A DNA stretch of 64,000 nt from Selaginella moellendorffii (GCF_000143415.4 NW_003314263.1:684165-748164); one strand, 5' to 3'. Shown: positions 25,597-38,699, counted from the first letter of the stretch. The notes: a model not told the origin generated them from the sequence alone. Numbers and translations: made by a program.

Positions 25597-27090
25597 TTAA
25601 TGACAAGGCGACCACTTGAACCCAATCCTAGCTTTTGCAAGATCATACTCTATATGATGATCCTGCTGGAGCAAATTCCCGAGAATGTTTGATCCATTTG
25701 TAGTCGTCACCTTTTGGAGGGCCACGCATTGGACATTCTCTGCCACAAGCACCATGTAGTTATTCCAAGGCAGCTCCATCACAGCACCACCCTGGAACTC
25801 CACTCCCAACTTTGGCATCCCCTTCTCCATCCTCGTCACATTGTAGCACAGCTCGAATCCTTCCGGGATTTCCTGGGCCCTGGGGAGATAGATCGATGCA
25901 TTTAGAGCTCCCAAAACTTTGGAGTAGGCCGGCTCTCTCAAGTAGCTCAAAGTTGTCCCAGAATCAAAGATAGTCCCCTTGTTCCCATCACCGTCGATTC
26001 CCCAGTCGCTGCTCGCGATGCCGTCCACTGGCTTCCCATCCACGGCCACGCCCGTCACGTTGACGTAGTAGAAGCTTTGGGCGGCCGGGTTCCGTACTAT
26101 TGGCGTATGGGCCAGTTTGCGCCAGTGCGTACGGCCCATGACAAGAAAGCTGCTGGCGTTTGAGCCACGAAGGTAGTCCACCAGACAATAGGAGAATATT
26201 CCACCGAGTGCGGTGTGGCGCGTTTGCGTGGCCAGGGAGATGGGCCCCTGCCCTAATCCAAGAACACCGGAAGCGCCCAAGAAGCTCGCGCCCACGCTCT
26301 CGCGGCTGCATCCAAGCGCCACATTCTTTATCCGGATCCTCCTGGTTTTGTGATTGCCAGCTCTTTTGCCGGATCTCTTGCGCGATTTCATGGAGATCGT
26401 CTCGTAGGCCAGGATTCCCGTCGTCCGGGACTGATCGCTGTATCCATAGGTGTAGTCGCAAGGACTGGGGCTCGTGATCGAGCAGCTGGATCCAATTGGA
26501 GCTGGGAGGAACTGACATTCGTCGTCCGTGCAAGGGATTTCTCTGTAGGAAGAAGAGGACGATTTGTCATACCATGGAGCAGGGGGAGACGATGAATTCG
26601 CGGTGGTGTTGGGGGGATTGCACTGGATCCATGTGAGATCGCTGCCGGTATCGACGATCAGAGGGAATTTCTTCGCTGGAGTGCCGACCCGGAGCTCCAC
26701 GAAGTACTGCCCGGATCCAATCGAGCTCCCAGAGACGAGACGCGAGAAGAGCGCGGGATCTTCTCCTTGAAAATCCTGGATCGTGGCAAGGGATTCTCGT
26801 GGGAGCGTCGAATTGGTCGAATTCTTCTGCGCGGCTTCTTGGAGAACTCTCCCAAACGCCGCAATTCTCCCTCGATCCATCGCCATGAGCTCGTCTAGCA
26901 GCTGGATCCGATCGCGGTACTCCGGCTTCCAGTGTGGAGACTCTTCCGACGATCGGTGGACGATTCTAAGCCTGATTCCAGTCGAATCCCCTGGCAGCAA
27001 TTCCCTAGACTGGGCAATTTGACCGCCCAAGAACATCCATACCAGCAGTCCTATAATGAGTGGAATCATGGCTCCCTCGAATCCGATCAA
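25597..27090 (-). CDS. Secreted A1-family aspartic protease (atypical/nepenthesin-like), intronless, 497 aa
   Basis: Signal peptide, GSGQYFV, DTGSDLTW and DSGT catalytic motifs, Cys-rich insert, ILGNLLQQ. Confidence 0.95.
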   Translation of the reverse strand: MIGFEGAMIPLIIGLLVWMFLGGQIAQSRELLPGDSTGIRLRIVHRSSEESPHWKPEYRDRIQLLDELMAMDRGRIAAFGRVLQEAAQKNSTNSTLPRESLATIQDFQGEDPALFSRLVSGSSIGSGQYFVELRVGTPAKKFPLIVDTGSDLTWIQCNPPNTTANSSSPPAPWYDKSSSSSYREIPCTDDECQFLPAPIGSSCSITSPSPCDYTYGYSDQSRTTGILAYETISMKSRKRSGKRAGNHKTRRIRIKNVALGCSRESVGASFLGASGVLGLGQGPISLATQTRHTALGGIFSYCLVDYLRGSNASSFLVMGRTHWRKLAHTPIVRNPAAQSFYYVNVTGVAVDGKPVDGIASSDWGIDGDGNKGTIFDSGTTLSYLREPAYSKVLGALNASIYLPRAQEIPEGFELCYNVTRMEKGMPKLGVEFQGGAVMELPWNNYMVLVAENVQCVALQKVTTTNGSNILGNLLQQDHHIEYDLAKARIGFKWSPCH

Positions 27091-27463
27091 AATATCCTCT
27101 CTCTAAAGCATTGGTCCTCGCGAGGAAACATTTGGAGATCTTGTACTTCACACTGCAAACTTTGTACCCTAAGATCGATCAAAGCACCGACCACCACGAT
27201 CAAAGACGTGCACTCCAAACGCCTATGCTTGGACGATGATGTTTACTTTCTTTGCTTCGCTACGTTTTCCTGGCTTACAGCTCAGTTCATAGGCCCACAG
27301 AAAAACCATTCTTTATCAAATGCCAAGTTGGTGACACTTGGGAGTGTGTGATTTTAATCTCTATAGTTTCTCCACGTCTTCTTTGACTCAGGCAAATCAT
27401 CAGAAGAATAAACTTTGATCATAGCTTGCGCCGAAGTCTTTGTGATACAGACTGGCCACGTGA

Positions 27464-28138
<675 letters not shown>

Positions 28139-28226
28139 TTCTTCCAAGATCCAGCCACTGCTACTAATGTATAGCATTTCCTCTAGTTCTTCCTTCCTGA
28201 GAAATTATGTGGTACTCTTTTCTTGA

Positions 28227-30170
28227 ATGAATCGAACTGAGCTTCTCACTTCCATCCAGGAATGTCGATCGCTCTCTGACGCAGCTAGAGTCCTTCGCTG
28301 GATCCAATCCGGCAGTAGTATCAAGCGGAAGGATCTCTTTGTGTGGAACAAGCTGATTGAAATGTATGGGAGGTGTGGGAGTCCTGATAAATCAGAAGAG
28401 ATTTTCCATAGCATGGTGGAATGGGATTGTTTTTCGTGGGTTCTCTTGCTTTCATCCTGTGCCAAGAACGGATCCCTCCAAGCATCAAGAGCGGTGTTTG
28501 ATGCGATGCCGGAGAAAAACCTTGTTGCGTGGAGCTCGATGTTTGGAGCATATGCCCAGTCTGGGCATATGGAGGAAGCGAAAAAACTCTTCGATGTAAT
28601 GCCGGAGAGGGATCTTGTTTCATGCACTAACATGATGCGACTTTACGTAGGAGCTATGAACTTGGAAGAGATCGAATCTATTTTCTCTGAGATGCCCGAG
28701 CCGGACATAGTGTCGTGGAACTGTATGCTTTTCGCATATGCCCAAACTGGGTATCTGGATAGATCCCAGGAAGTTTTTCAAGAAATGCCCTTGCGAGATC
28801 TGACTACTTGGAATTCGATGTTGTCCGCGTTTTCACAAAGTGGATGCGCGGAAGATGCTAAAAGGACATTTCATGAAATGCCCGAAAGGGACTTAGTTTC
28901 CTGGAATTCGATGCTGTCGGCATATGCGTTTAACGGGCATCTTGCTGATGCCGAGAATCTGTTTAATCAGATGCCGCACCGTGACATAGTATCTTGGAAT
29001 GGTTTAATCTCCGCGTTTATCCACAGTGGGAAATTTCACGAAGCGATCCTGGCATTTGAAACGATGCCTCAGCACAACATGGTGACGTGGAGTTTACTGC
29101 TCCATGCATATTCCCATATAGGGCAAGTGCGTGAGGCAGAGTTTCACTTTGCAGTTATGCCTGAGAGGAATATGCTATGCTGGACGGCAATGCTCACGGC
29201 ATACGTTGTTGCCGAGCAGCTCGATCGGGCCATTGATTTGTTCAATGCGATGCCACAACACAGCCACGTGGCACTTACGATCATGCTGACTGGATATGCC
29301 CAAGTGGGGGATATCACAATGGCTGAGAATCTCTACAGCCAAATGCCAGAGATTGATAGCGTGGCGTGCAGCTCGATGCTAACGGCTTACTCCACAAATT
29401 GCTACACAGAGAATGCCAAGTGTGTGTTTGACAATATGCGTTATAAAACTTTGGCTTGCTGGAATTCCATGGTTTCTTGCTATGCCCTGAATGGGCATTT
29501 TCTGGATGCTCTAAAGCTTTACCAAGGAATGCCAGAAAGAGACCAAGTGTCTCTAAATGTAATATTAAGTGGTTATTGTCGCGCTATGAATCTTAGCGAG
29601 GCCAAAGAGATGTTCTGGGCTATGAGAGAAAGGGATCTAATTTCTTGGACCACGATCATGTCTGCTTATGCCGAGTCAGGGTATCTGGACGAAGCAAAGG
29701 ACTTGTTCGATAAAATGCCAGAGCGAGGGGCGATCTCGTGGAGCGCGCTGCTCGCCGGGCACGCGCAGGCTGGGAATAACTCCACGGCAATGGAGATCTT
29801 CAGCGAGATGAAAGCTCTCTTCCAGCCCGAGCGATCGAGCTTTGCATCGATCCTCCTGGGCTGCAGCCATTTAGGCAGGGCCTACAGCGCCAGGAGCTGC
29901 TTCGTCTCCATGGCCATGGATTTCGGATTGGAGGCGACCAAGCAGCATTTCTGCTGCATCATCGATGCCCTGGGCCGCGCGGGGCATCTGGGCGCCGCCG
30001 AGGAGCTCATCGCAACCATGCCCTTCGCTGCCGGTGCCCTAGAGTGGAAATCCCTGCTCGCGGCGTGTAGGAGCCAGTCCAATCGCGATCGCGGGGCAAA
30101 TGCCGCGAGGAGCATCGTGGGAATCAATCCCATGGAGCCTGCCCTTTTAAATGTGGAATATCCTTGTTAG
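28227..30170 (+). CDS. PLS-class PPR protein with C-terminal E region, 647 aa
   Basis: Repeated MPERDLVSWNSML motifs; HFCCIIDALGRAGHL...WKSLLAAC; no DYW domain. Confidence 0.93.
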   Translation: MNRTELLTSIQECRSLSDAARVLRWIQSGSSIKRKDLFVWNKLIEMYGRCGSPDKSEEIFHSMVEWDCFSWVLLLSSCAKNGSLQASRAVFDAMPEKNLVAWSSMFGAYAQSGHMEEAKKLFDVMPERDLVSCTNMMRLYVGAMNLEEIESIFSEMPEPDIVSWNCMLFAYAQTGYLDRSQEVFQEMPLRDLTTWNSMLSAFSQSGCAEDAKRTFHEMPERDLVSWNSMLSAYAFNGHLADAENLFNQMPHRDIVSWNGLISAFIHSGKFHEAILAFETMPQHNMVTWSLLLHAYSHIGQVREAEFHFAVMPERNMLCWTAMLTAYVVAEQLDRAIDLFNAMPQHSHVALTIMLTGYAQVGDITMAENLYSQMPEIDSVACSSMLTAYSTNCYTENAKCVFDNMRYKTLACWNSMVSCYALNGHFLDALKLYQGMPERDQVSLNVILSGYCRAMNLSEAKEMFWAMRERDLISWTTIMSAYAESGYLDEAKDLFDKMPERGAISWSALLAGHAQAGNNSTAMEIFSEMKALFQPERSSFASILLGCSHLGRAYSARSCFVSMAMDFGLEATKQHFCCIIDALGRAGHLGAAEELIATMPFAAGALEWKSLLAACRSQSNRDRGANAARSIVGINPMEPALLNVEYPC

Positions 30171-30554
30171 CCCTAAATGTTAACTTTATCAGCAACAAAT
30201 ACACCCGGTTTGATATTCCTTGTGATCTTCCTCAACAGTTACTTGAACGAGAGGATTGCCGCCAAGCCTGTAGGTAACAAGAATCATTCTTACGGAGATT
30301 CACGAAAATCTGCCCAGTACGAGTCCTTAATGAAGCCACCGATCAAAGCGGTGATTGAGGATCAAGTCGGTGATCGAGGTTGCAGTAGCATTGCTCAACA
30401 TTGCGCTGGAGTGAAAAAAGAAATTTTGACAACTATATCATACGCTGTCCTAGAAAAGGTGTCCATCTCAACTTTTTTGCCCTTTATCCTTGCCCTAGCC
30501 ACGGAAGCCCTAGATTCTTTTTCTTCAATGCTGGCGCCCCTTCGAGAGTATTCT

Positions 30555-30597
30555 CGCCACGCGTCGCCCAGTCACTGCATGGCGCCACGCGTCGCCC
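30555..30597 (+). promoter_or_regulatory. Two CE3/ABRE-like elements upstream of LEA
   Basis: CGCCACGCGTCGCCC occurs twice (30555-30569, 30583-30597), about 200 bp before the LEA ATG. Confidence 0.6.
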
Positions 30598-30787
30598 TGC
30601 CATCACTCCATTTGTCCCTCGCCTTGGCGGCGCTTATGCTTCCATATATTTCCAGTTCGTTTGAGCGAGCACAGCGACTACCTAGGGTCAGCTGTTTTGC
30701 TTGCGGTGAGATTTCTAGGATTTCTTGATCGATCCATAGCGGCGGTGCGTAGAATCTCCCACATTTCCCAGATTTTGATCTAGTGCG

Positions 30788-32330
30788 ATGGAGTCGGGCA
30801 AGAATCAGCAGCAGGAGCAGCGCGTGAGCCCCGCCGAGGAGGCGCGCGCGAGCGCCGAGCGCGCCATGGAGAAGAGGGAGCACGGGGCGACGGCGACGCA
30901 GACGGCGGGGCAGTCGATCAGCGAGGCGCTGTCGCATTACCGCGAGGCCGTGCAGGAATCCGCCTACTCGGCCTTCAAATCGGCGCAGGACACGGTGGAG
31001 CGAGCCAAGGATGTCACGGCTGAGAAGACTGGCCAGGTAAAGGATTCTGCCTATGATTCGGCTGTCCGAGCGAAGGATACCGCGGCTGAGAAGGCTACCC
31101 AGGCGAAGGATACCACCTATGATACGGCTGCTCGAGCGAAAGATACAACTCTCGAGAAGGCTGGGCAGACGAAGGATTCGGTTTATGATAGCAGCGTTCG
31201 AGCCAAGGATGTCGCTGCCGAGAAGGCTGGCCAGGCGAAGGATTCCACCTATGATACGGCTGCTCGAGCCAAGGATGTTACTGCCGAGAAGGCTGGCCAG
31301 GCGAAAGATACCACATATGATTCGGCTGCTCGAGCAAAGGATGTTACTGCCGAGAAGGCTGGCCAGGCGAAAGATGCCACCTATGATTCGGCTACTCGAG
31401 CAAAGGATGTCACTGCCGAGAAGGCTGGCCAGGCGAAAGATTCCACCTATGATTCGGCTGCTCGAGCAAAGGATGTCACTGCCGAGAAGGCTGCCCGTGC
31501 TCAAGACACGACGAAGGTATGGTGTTTTGTACTCCTGTTGTTTTGTATTGAGCGATTCTTTTGTATTTCTCAGGATACGGTTGGCCAGAGCGCAGATAGT
31601 GCGAAAGGCACTGCTCAGCAAAGGTTTGTATTCTAGAGTTTGTTTTCTGTTCCCTTTTTTCCTGACGCTGTCTTTTTGCCTCAGTACCGATCGAGCTAGC
31701 GAGACTGCTGGAGGAGCCAAGGAAGGCTTGTTTGGAGCGATTGGAAACATCACCCAGGCTTTCTCCGAGAAGTTGGGGCTTGCGTCCGACAAAACCAAGG
31801 AGACTGCCGAGTCTGCTAAGGAGTCGGCCGAGTCGACTGTGGAAGCCGCGAAACAGAAGGGGGAGGAGCTCAAGCAGCGAACTGGGGAGAGCACCGAGGA
31901 TTTCAAGAGGCGGACGGGCATGACTGTTGAAGAAGCAAAGGAGAAGACGGGGTCTCGGACCGAGGAGCTCAAGCAGCGAGCCGGCGAGAGTGTCGAGGAA
32001 TTCAAGAAAAGAACGGGCATGACGGCGGAAGCTGGATCTGGGGAGAGGTCCGAGAGCTTGAGCCAGCGCGCCGGAGAGAGTGCCGAGGCATTCAAGCAGC
32101 GGACTGGAATCAGCGTGGAGGAGGCGAGGAGCAAAGTGGAGGTGCACAAAGAGGCGATGAAGGCCAAAGCGGGAGAGGCCGGAGAGCACGGCAAGGGATT
32201 GCTTGAGTCGGTGGGCGAGGCTGTGAGTCACGCGGCCTTCTCGCTCAAGGGCGCCGTTGTGGGTGGCGGCGGGAAAGCGGTCGAGAAGACCTCCGAAGAG
32301 GCCGATAGTGCCAACCGAGGAAAAATGTGA
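30788..32330 (+). CDS. Group 3 LEA protein (exons 30788-31516, 31574-31623, 31685-32330)
   Basis: Tandem 11/22-mer AKDVTAEKAGQ-AKDSTYDSAAR repeats (66 bp); two GT-AG introns keep the frame. Confidence 0.92.
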
Positions 32331-32681
32331 AGAATGAGTGTGCTTAGTTAATTAATAAGCCAAAGCTTTTGTCGATGATCTCATTACGTCAACAAATTAT
32401 TGAATGTAATGGGATTACTAGATTCGCAACTTGAGTAATACACATCCTTTGGATTCCAAAATAAATAATTAGTAATTAGTAATCTAAATATGCATGTAAA
32501 AGGTCGAATTTCGTAAGAAATTTTTTGTTGTGTGTATAAACTATAATTAAATATGGACATTTCTGTATTCTATTTCAATACTCCATGCCAAGTAAAAGAA
32601 ATTTTATATATACACTTTCAAATAGTTAATAATTGAATAATTTTAGTTAATCATCCAAGTTCCAGTTTATGTGTCAGTTTA

Positions 32682-34717
32682 TCAAATGACAAAGACGTTT
32701 TGTCTGTGGAGGGAATGGTACTCACTCAGCCAGCGTTTGATCTCCCTCACTTCCAGCTCCCGCTGCTCAATGAGCCATTGCGGGTCGTCCTTTCTACTCC
32801 ACCGAAAATCAAGGTGATGCGCTCCTGAAGAAACAGGTTTTCCATTTCATCTGAGCAGCCGGAAGCGTGAGAAAAGCTTTTGTTTCTACCTTCTTTCGTG
32901 ACAAACGCCAGTATTGTGCTCGATATGCTCTCCAGAACACTGCACACCATCAAAATCGATGAGTGAGCTACGCAAACGAAAGGAATCATTCATGGCTTGC
33001 CTTCCACCGCTCCAAGGATCCAGCAAGCCATTCGAGAAGACAATGTTGCTTCCAAAGTTTCTCAACGCAGACTTGATATCCTGTAGTGGTGTATGCAATT
33101 CAGCTAACCGAAAAACAAAAGTCTTACTTACATGGCCTCCAAACTCCGTTGTCACCCAGCTCGGCCGAGGTATTGCACCATACTTTTCCCAGCAAAACCT
33201 GCTCCAGGCCTCGCCATCCCACTCGAACGGAGGATACATACTTGTACTTGAATTGGAGCTCATTGGCATAACCATCTCGGTGCAAGACTGAAGAGACGAC
33301 TAGTTATATCTGACAAGGAAACAAAAAGAAGAAAACACCTGCCAGTTCCACCCGCTTAAACCATGCGGATCATCGTCAAGATCAAAGCATTTTGCGGCCC
33401 CTGTAAAGTTGTAGTAAACATTCACCCCCGCATATATCCTTTGAAGAATGCTTGACGCCACGGGAGAGTTCACCATTGCCTGGCAGACCTGAAATATACA
33501 TGAGTTTAGAGGGCTTCTTTTACTTTTTTTTTCGTTTTGCAAACCTTTCGAACGGGATACGCAGGAAGTGGCATTGTAAAATTAGCTGCATATGGATAAT
33601 TGGCCATGGCGAGGTACGAGTACGCAGACTCTAGCCAGTTTATCAACTCATCCGCGTTTTTGAAATCGCTACGAGAACAAAAAGATTTTTTGTTTTTCCT
33701 AGATGGAAAACAATGGTAAATTTACTTACCTGCACATATGAAAATCTTGGCTGAGATTGCGAAGCCCGTTCTGCTGTTCAGCAGCTTCCGTGATCGCTGT
33801 CCATGAATTCCGTATGATCTCGAAGCACTCCTCCCCCTCCCTCTGGGATAAAACACTTAACAAAAACACCCGGACAAAATTTCAATGCCAACCTTGAAAG
33901 CGTTCGAGACGATGTCATAGTACGTAGTGTATGGAACAATATTCTCGAACTGTAGTATCGGTGCTGACGACGCGAGAGCTCCGATCGCAATGTGTGGATA
34001 CTTCAGCCGAAACCACGCAGCCAACACTGAAAAAAGCTTGTGAGAACCTCCAAAGAAAATCTCATTGAAACCACCTTACTTCCACCATAAGAACCGCCAA
34101 AGACCACCACTGGCGATGCTTGCGCCGAGAGATTCCTCTTGAGATCAAGTATGAGCGTCGCGAAATCGGCCAGAGCTTGCTCGGCAGAGCAAAATGCCAG
34201 TTCCTTAGGACCGTTTTGGCCTCCAAAAGGCTGGGATTTTCCATAGAATCGGTGCTACAATCACAGCAAAAAAAAAAAGAGAGAGACTGATCGAAGGAAA
34301 GAAGAACGAGGAAGAACAAAAACCAACCTCGGGGAAGACGAGCAGTGCTCCAAAGAGAGGAGCAATATCAAACATAAACCCAGTGTTCTCGGCAAACCAC
34401 ACAATGTCGCCCTCGTTACCACAGTAGACGAAGATGGGAGCTCCACTGGCACCTCCACTCCACGAGGCATTGTGGAGGAGATAGCGCTGGGGAAAGAGCG
34501 TTATATTCCCCACATTGAAGTGATCCAGCGTCTGCTGGAAGTAGTGCTCCGTGTAGGCGAAGCCTTCTTTCAAGGCAAGCGGCAGCGCAGCTCCTCTTCT
34601 CGGCGATTGCATGCGCGTGATGAGATGATGGTGATGAGCTCCTGCTCGCCATTCCTTTGCGTTTACCTGAATCAGGAGGGCAATCGCTGCCAGGAGCACG
34701 ATCGCGCAACTCGCCAT
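32682..34717 (-). CDS. Serine carboxypeptidase S28 (prolylcarboxypeptidase-like), multi-exon, apparently intact
   Basis: Signal peptide, [48 protein letters not shown], assembled over short introns. Confidence 0.93.
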
Positions 34718-35007
34718 TCCTATCCCTAAAGTCGTCAAAGAGTGGAGCTAGAATATTCAAGGGACTACTTTACTATGTAATTAATTAAACATGTAAGTAA
34801 TCAAAATATTTCTCTCTGTTAGCGGGCCACGTACGGGGATGCCAGTTTTCCCGTATGTGCAGGCTTTTCCATTCAATATCGGGTTGTTGCTCTCCAGAAT
34901 ACTTTTACTCTGGTCACTGCAATGGAACTATGCACGCAGGCATTGCCCAGCAGCAGCGCATATAAACAGATGCAAGCTTGAAATTGTAGCTCTAAAGTTT
35001 CAGTCGA

Positions 35008-35542
35008 ATGGCGAAATTGCTTGTTCTTTCCTCCCTCCTCTTCGGCCTGCTGCTCTTGGCAGCCGATGCATCTCGCAACACTCAGCGTACGTGCGAACTT
35101 CTGCATTGCAATTTCAAGATTCTTGCTCTCTAATCTGTGGAATCCATGTGTAGCGGTTGACAAGGAGGGCACCAGTGAGAATTACAATGTCATTTTCGAG
35201 GGACCTCGTGAAGGCAGCGAGGCTGGCCCTGGTCTCAACAACGTTGTCACCCAGGAGCTCCCTGGGACGCACGGTATGATCAGGAGCTTTTGATTATGCG
35301 CCACTGCTTCTTCTCCGTTTGTTAATGTTGCAGGCCTCCAAGATACGTACTGCTGCCTGAGGAACGGCTTTGGATGTGTTCAGGAGTGCGACTCCAACAT
35401 CAAATACTACTGCTGCTTGAAGACTGGATTCGGCAACTGCCTACAGCTCTGCGACTCGTCCAAGGAACAATACTGCTGCAAAAGGAACGGCTTTGGGATC
35501 TGCACTGGATTGTGCCCCAAAACCGTGGACCTGATGATGTGA
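35008..35542 (+). CDS. Secreted modular cysteine-rich peptide precursor, copy 1 (exons 35008-35086, 35154-35273, 35334-35542; 135 aa; 3 modules)
   Basis: TATA box about 45 bp upstream; signal-peptide exon MAKLLVLSSLLFGLLLLAADA; two phase-1 GT-AG introns; exon 3 YCCLRNGFGCVQECDSNIKYYCCLKTGFGNCLQLCDSSKEQYCCKRNGFGICTGLCP. Confidence 0.88.
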
Positions 35543-35862
35543 TCCGCGTTTGATGAAAAGTGTATGCAACATCTGGAATCAAAAGCTTATAATTGCTGAT
35601 ACTCTTTACAAAATTTTCACTAGACATTTACGTTTTTCAACTGAGTTTGTAAGTTCCCTTTTAGCATAGCTTGCCATGCCACTGCTGCTGGATCGTCCAT
35701 CGGGAAACAAGTAGAACTGGAGGCGTTACAATCCCCTTTGAACAAAGTCTCAGTGCCTGATTTAAGTAAATTGTAAGAGAAAAAAAACTAGGAAGCTGTT
35801 ACAGTCCACACGTGAAAGGCTCTAAGAATGCCACCTTTGGTTTCTCAATTGTCTAGCGCATA

Positions 35863-36167
35863 ATGCATCGTCTCAATGACACTGGACGCGCCATTGTCCA
35901 CCAAGCTCGAATTACACTGAGCTTTACCACCCTAGGAGCAAACCTCGCAAGAGTCTCAGTTCTACTTGTCAGTCTTCCTCCCAATGGACGCCATGGAACT
36001 ATCCAGCAGCGGTGGCATGGCGAGCTACGCGAAAACCTGTCCGGAAAGGAGCGTAGCTTTGTGTGGTCGACCAACACGGGCCTCGATAGCTCTGGAAATC
36101 TTGTAATCCGGAGCAAAACTGGAACTTTGCTGTGGCAGAGCTTTGATCATCCCGGTGATGTTATGCT
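35863..36167 (+). pseudogene. 5' fragment of G-type lectin (S-domain) receptor kinase
   Basis: VWSTNTGLDSSGNLVIRSKTGTLLWQSFDHPGD; homologous to the copies at 45252 and 57654. Confidence 0.8.
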
Positions 36168-36349
36168 AGGATGGTTTCGGATCGTGTCTTCAGGAGTGCG
36201 ACTCAGGCGTCAATTATTACTGCTGCCTTAAGAATGGATTGGGCAGCTATTTGCAGCTGTGCGACTCGTCCAAGGAACACTACTGCTGCAAGAAGAACGG
36301 TTTTTGTTCCTGAGTTGGAATGTTCCCCAAAACGGTGAATCTGATGTGA
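36168..36349 (+). pseudogene. Truncated fifth copy of the cysteine-rich peptide exon 3
   Basis: DGFGSCLQECDSGVNYYCCLKNGLGSYLQLCDSSKEHYCCKKNGFCS*; Cys losses, a stop, no 5' exons. Confidence 0.85.
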
Positions 36350-36472
36350 ATTTGCTTGATGAACATGTGAATGCATTCTGGAATTATCAAAAGGATAAAT
36401 TGCTTCTGTGACAACCTTTCACATTAACAAAACAGATTTTACACCATTTGCCATCAGTATAAAACAATATAA

Positions 36473-38494
36473 TCATCTTCTGGGCTTAGCGCCACCATTG
36501 CCTTTGCTCGCAGACTTGCCACCTTTGCCTTTGTTCGCAGGCTTGCCACGTTTGCCTTTGCTCGCACCTTTGCCACCCGTTTTACCACCTTTTCCACCAC
36601 CTTTGCCAGGCTTGCCACTTCCTCGGGATCGTGAATCCTTCTTCATGCGACGATCCACCACAAGCTTCCCTTTGCCACCCTTGACCCCGCCCTTCTTCGC
36701 CACAACGAGCTCCCGCTTGGGACGCTTAGTGGTCGTCGCCGCCGCTTTCTTGTAAACCTTGTCCATCATCCTGTTCTTGGACTTGTTCGAGATGTTCGGC
36801 TGATCGGCAATCGCCGCCGCTTTGCTCCGTGCTTGCTCCATTTTCTTCATCACCCTCCGCTTCTTGTGAGCCTTGGCCTCAGCAACCTTCTTCACGGGCC
36901 TCGCGTTTATCGCTCTAAACTGAGCCCTCATCGCCTGGACCTCTTCCTTGGTGAATGCCGCTTCTCGTCGTCCGCGAACCATTCCGGAAGCCCCTCGTCG
37001 TCGAACATGTACTTGTTGTACGCGTCGTCGATGATCCTGTCCCTGTCCTTCTTCAGCAGTATCTTCTTGGCGTAAGTGAGGATCTCTGCCTTGGCATCGC
37101 TGTCGTAGTCCTCCTCTTCGTCCGAGGAAGAGTCAGACGAACCACTCGGCTCGGCTGCTACAACTTCAAAGTCTTCCCGTGCTCTCTTGAGATTTCCTGG
37201 CGCAACCGTGAGATCGCTCGGAGGAGCGTTCTTGGCAGTCTTCTTGGTATCCATCTCCTGGGTTTGATCTAAACCGGCGAAGACGTTTTGCCTGAACCAT
37301 TGCTGTGCAATCTGTTCCTTCGAGAGCTTGGCCTTGGGAAGCGACACGACGAGAGGATTGGCCTCCTCCTCCTCTTCTTCTACTTCGTTTTCTTCTTCTT
37401 CAGAAGCATTCTCTTCCACGTCCTCCTAAGGATATTGTCAGCTGCTTGCAAGTTCTAACACTTTCATTTGGCTTACCTCCCACAGCTTTTCGTCTCCTGC
37501 ATTAGCCATTCTTGCGCGTTTCCGCCGTGCAGTGTTGCTTTCAGTCTTGCCCGGTAGCGTTCGTATGCACAATCGAGGAAAGATTCCAGCTCGTCGTTGT
37601 ATCTGCGAGAGATTACGTTAACACTTCCAAGGCGTAGTTCTTACCTTTCGCGCTCGACGTCAGAATCCACATCATTGTCTTCGTCATCCTTCCGCTCCAT
37701 GTCCTGCTTACTCGTTTCATCCTTCACATTGTCATCGCTGTCTAACATGTCGTCATCCGCACCTTCGACCCGATCCAAGCTTTTCTTCACCTGGAAAAAT
37801 GTATCCAACACGAGCTCATAGGCACTGACGAGAAAGCGGACAAACATACCTTGATTGAGCCCAAAGAGAACAGATCCCGCTCGCCATAAGTGTCTCCCAA
37901 GACATCGACTTGCATCCCTGTTCTATTTCGTGCGTTAGTGTTGTGGCCCATCAACATACACCACCAACAAAAGATAGACAAACAATATGTACCTTCTGTT
38001 TTCGCTTGGCAGCCTTCTTCTTCGCCTGCTTGCTTTTCGAATCCATTAGAGACTTGAGCTCCTTCATTTTGTTTAGCGTATCCTCGTCTTCATCTTCTTC
38101 TTTTTCGTCGTCATCCTTTTCAGCAGCCTTATCACCCTCTGTTTCCTCCGAAGCTGACGTTTTCGAAAGAGCTTTTCGTACATGCAGGCACCACCTGAGA
38201 GAACCAAATGAGCATGAAAGACAACAGCCACAAGAAGTAGAACCTACTTCAAAAGTTGCTTGAATTCTTTCTTCCCCAGAACTCTAAGGTCTTCGCATAA
38301 TGCCTTTATCTACAAGAAAAAAGTCCTCCAAATCAAAACAAGCAAACGAGGATTAGATATGAACGTACCTCGTCAGTTGTTTCAGCGTGGTCTTTGATTG
38401 GCGGATCCTCAAACGAAATAGACGTGATGCTACCAAGAAGCTCTAGAGGTTTTTCGGACCAGACGAAGTCTGCTGCCGTGCAGTCTTTACGAAA
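36473..38494 (-). pseudogene. Spb1/FTSJ3 rRNA methyltransferase, 3' part (5'-truncated, frameshifted)
   Basis: Duplicate of about 40883-42933; INARPVKKVAEAKA, VVDRRMKKD; extra 1-bp deletion near 37550. Confidence 0.88.
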
Positions 38495-38699
38495 AGGAGG
38501 AGCAAAGCGGAGGAGCACAAAGAGGCGATGAAGGCCAAAGCGGGAGAGGCCGAGGAGCACGGCAGGGACTGCTTGAGTCGGTGGGCTAGGCTGTGAGTCA
38601 CGCGGCCTTCTCGCTGAAGGGCGCCGTTGTGGGTGGCAGCGGGAAACGGTCGAGAAGTCTTCCGAAGAGGCCGATAGTGCCAACCGAGGAAAAATGTGA
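38495..38699 (+). pseudogene. Duplicated 3' end of the LEA gene
   Basis: Matches about 32120-32330 plus 3' flank, with indels. Confidence 0.88.

Noticed and set aside
30177-30728. 183-aa ORF between PPR and LEA
   Set aside because: No recognisable motif; overlaps the LEA promoter elements.
30572-32194. 540-aa minus-strand ORF
   Set aside because: Antisense shadow of the repetitive LEA gene.
35334-35542. Assignment of the Cys-rich peptides to Bowman-Birk, defensin or metallothionein families
   Set aside because: No CTxSxPPxC inhibitory loop or defensin Cys spacing; a signal peptide and aromatic-rich modules argue against metallothionein.
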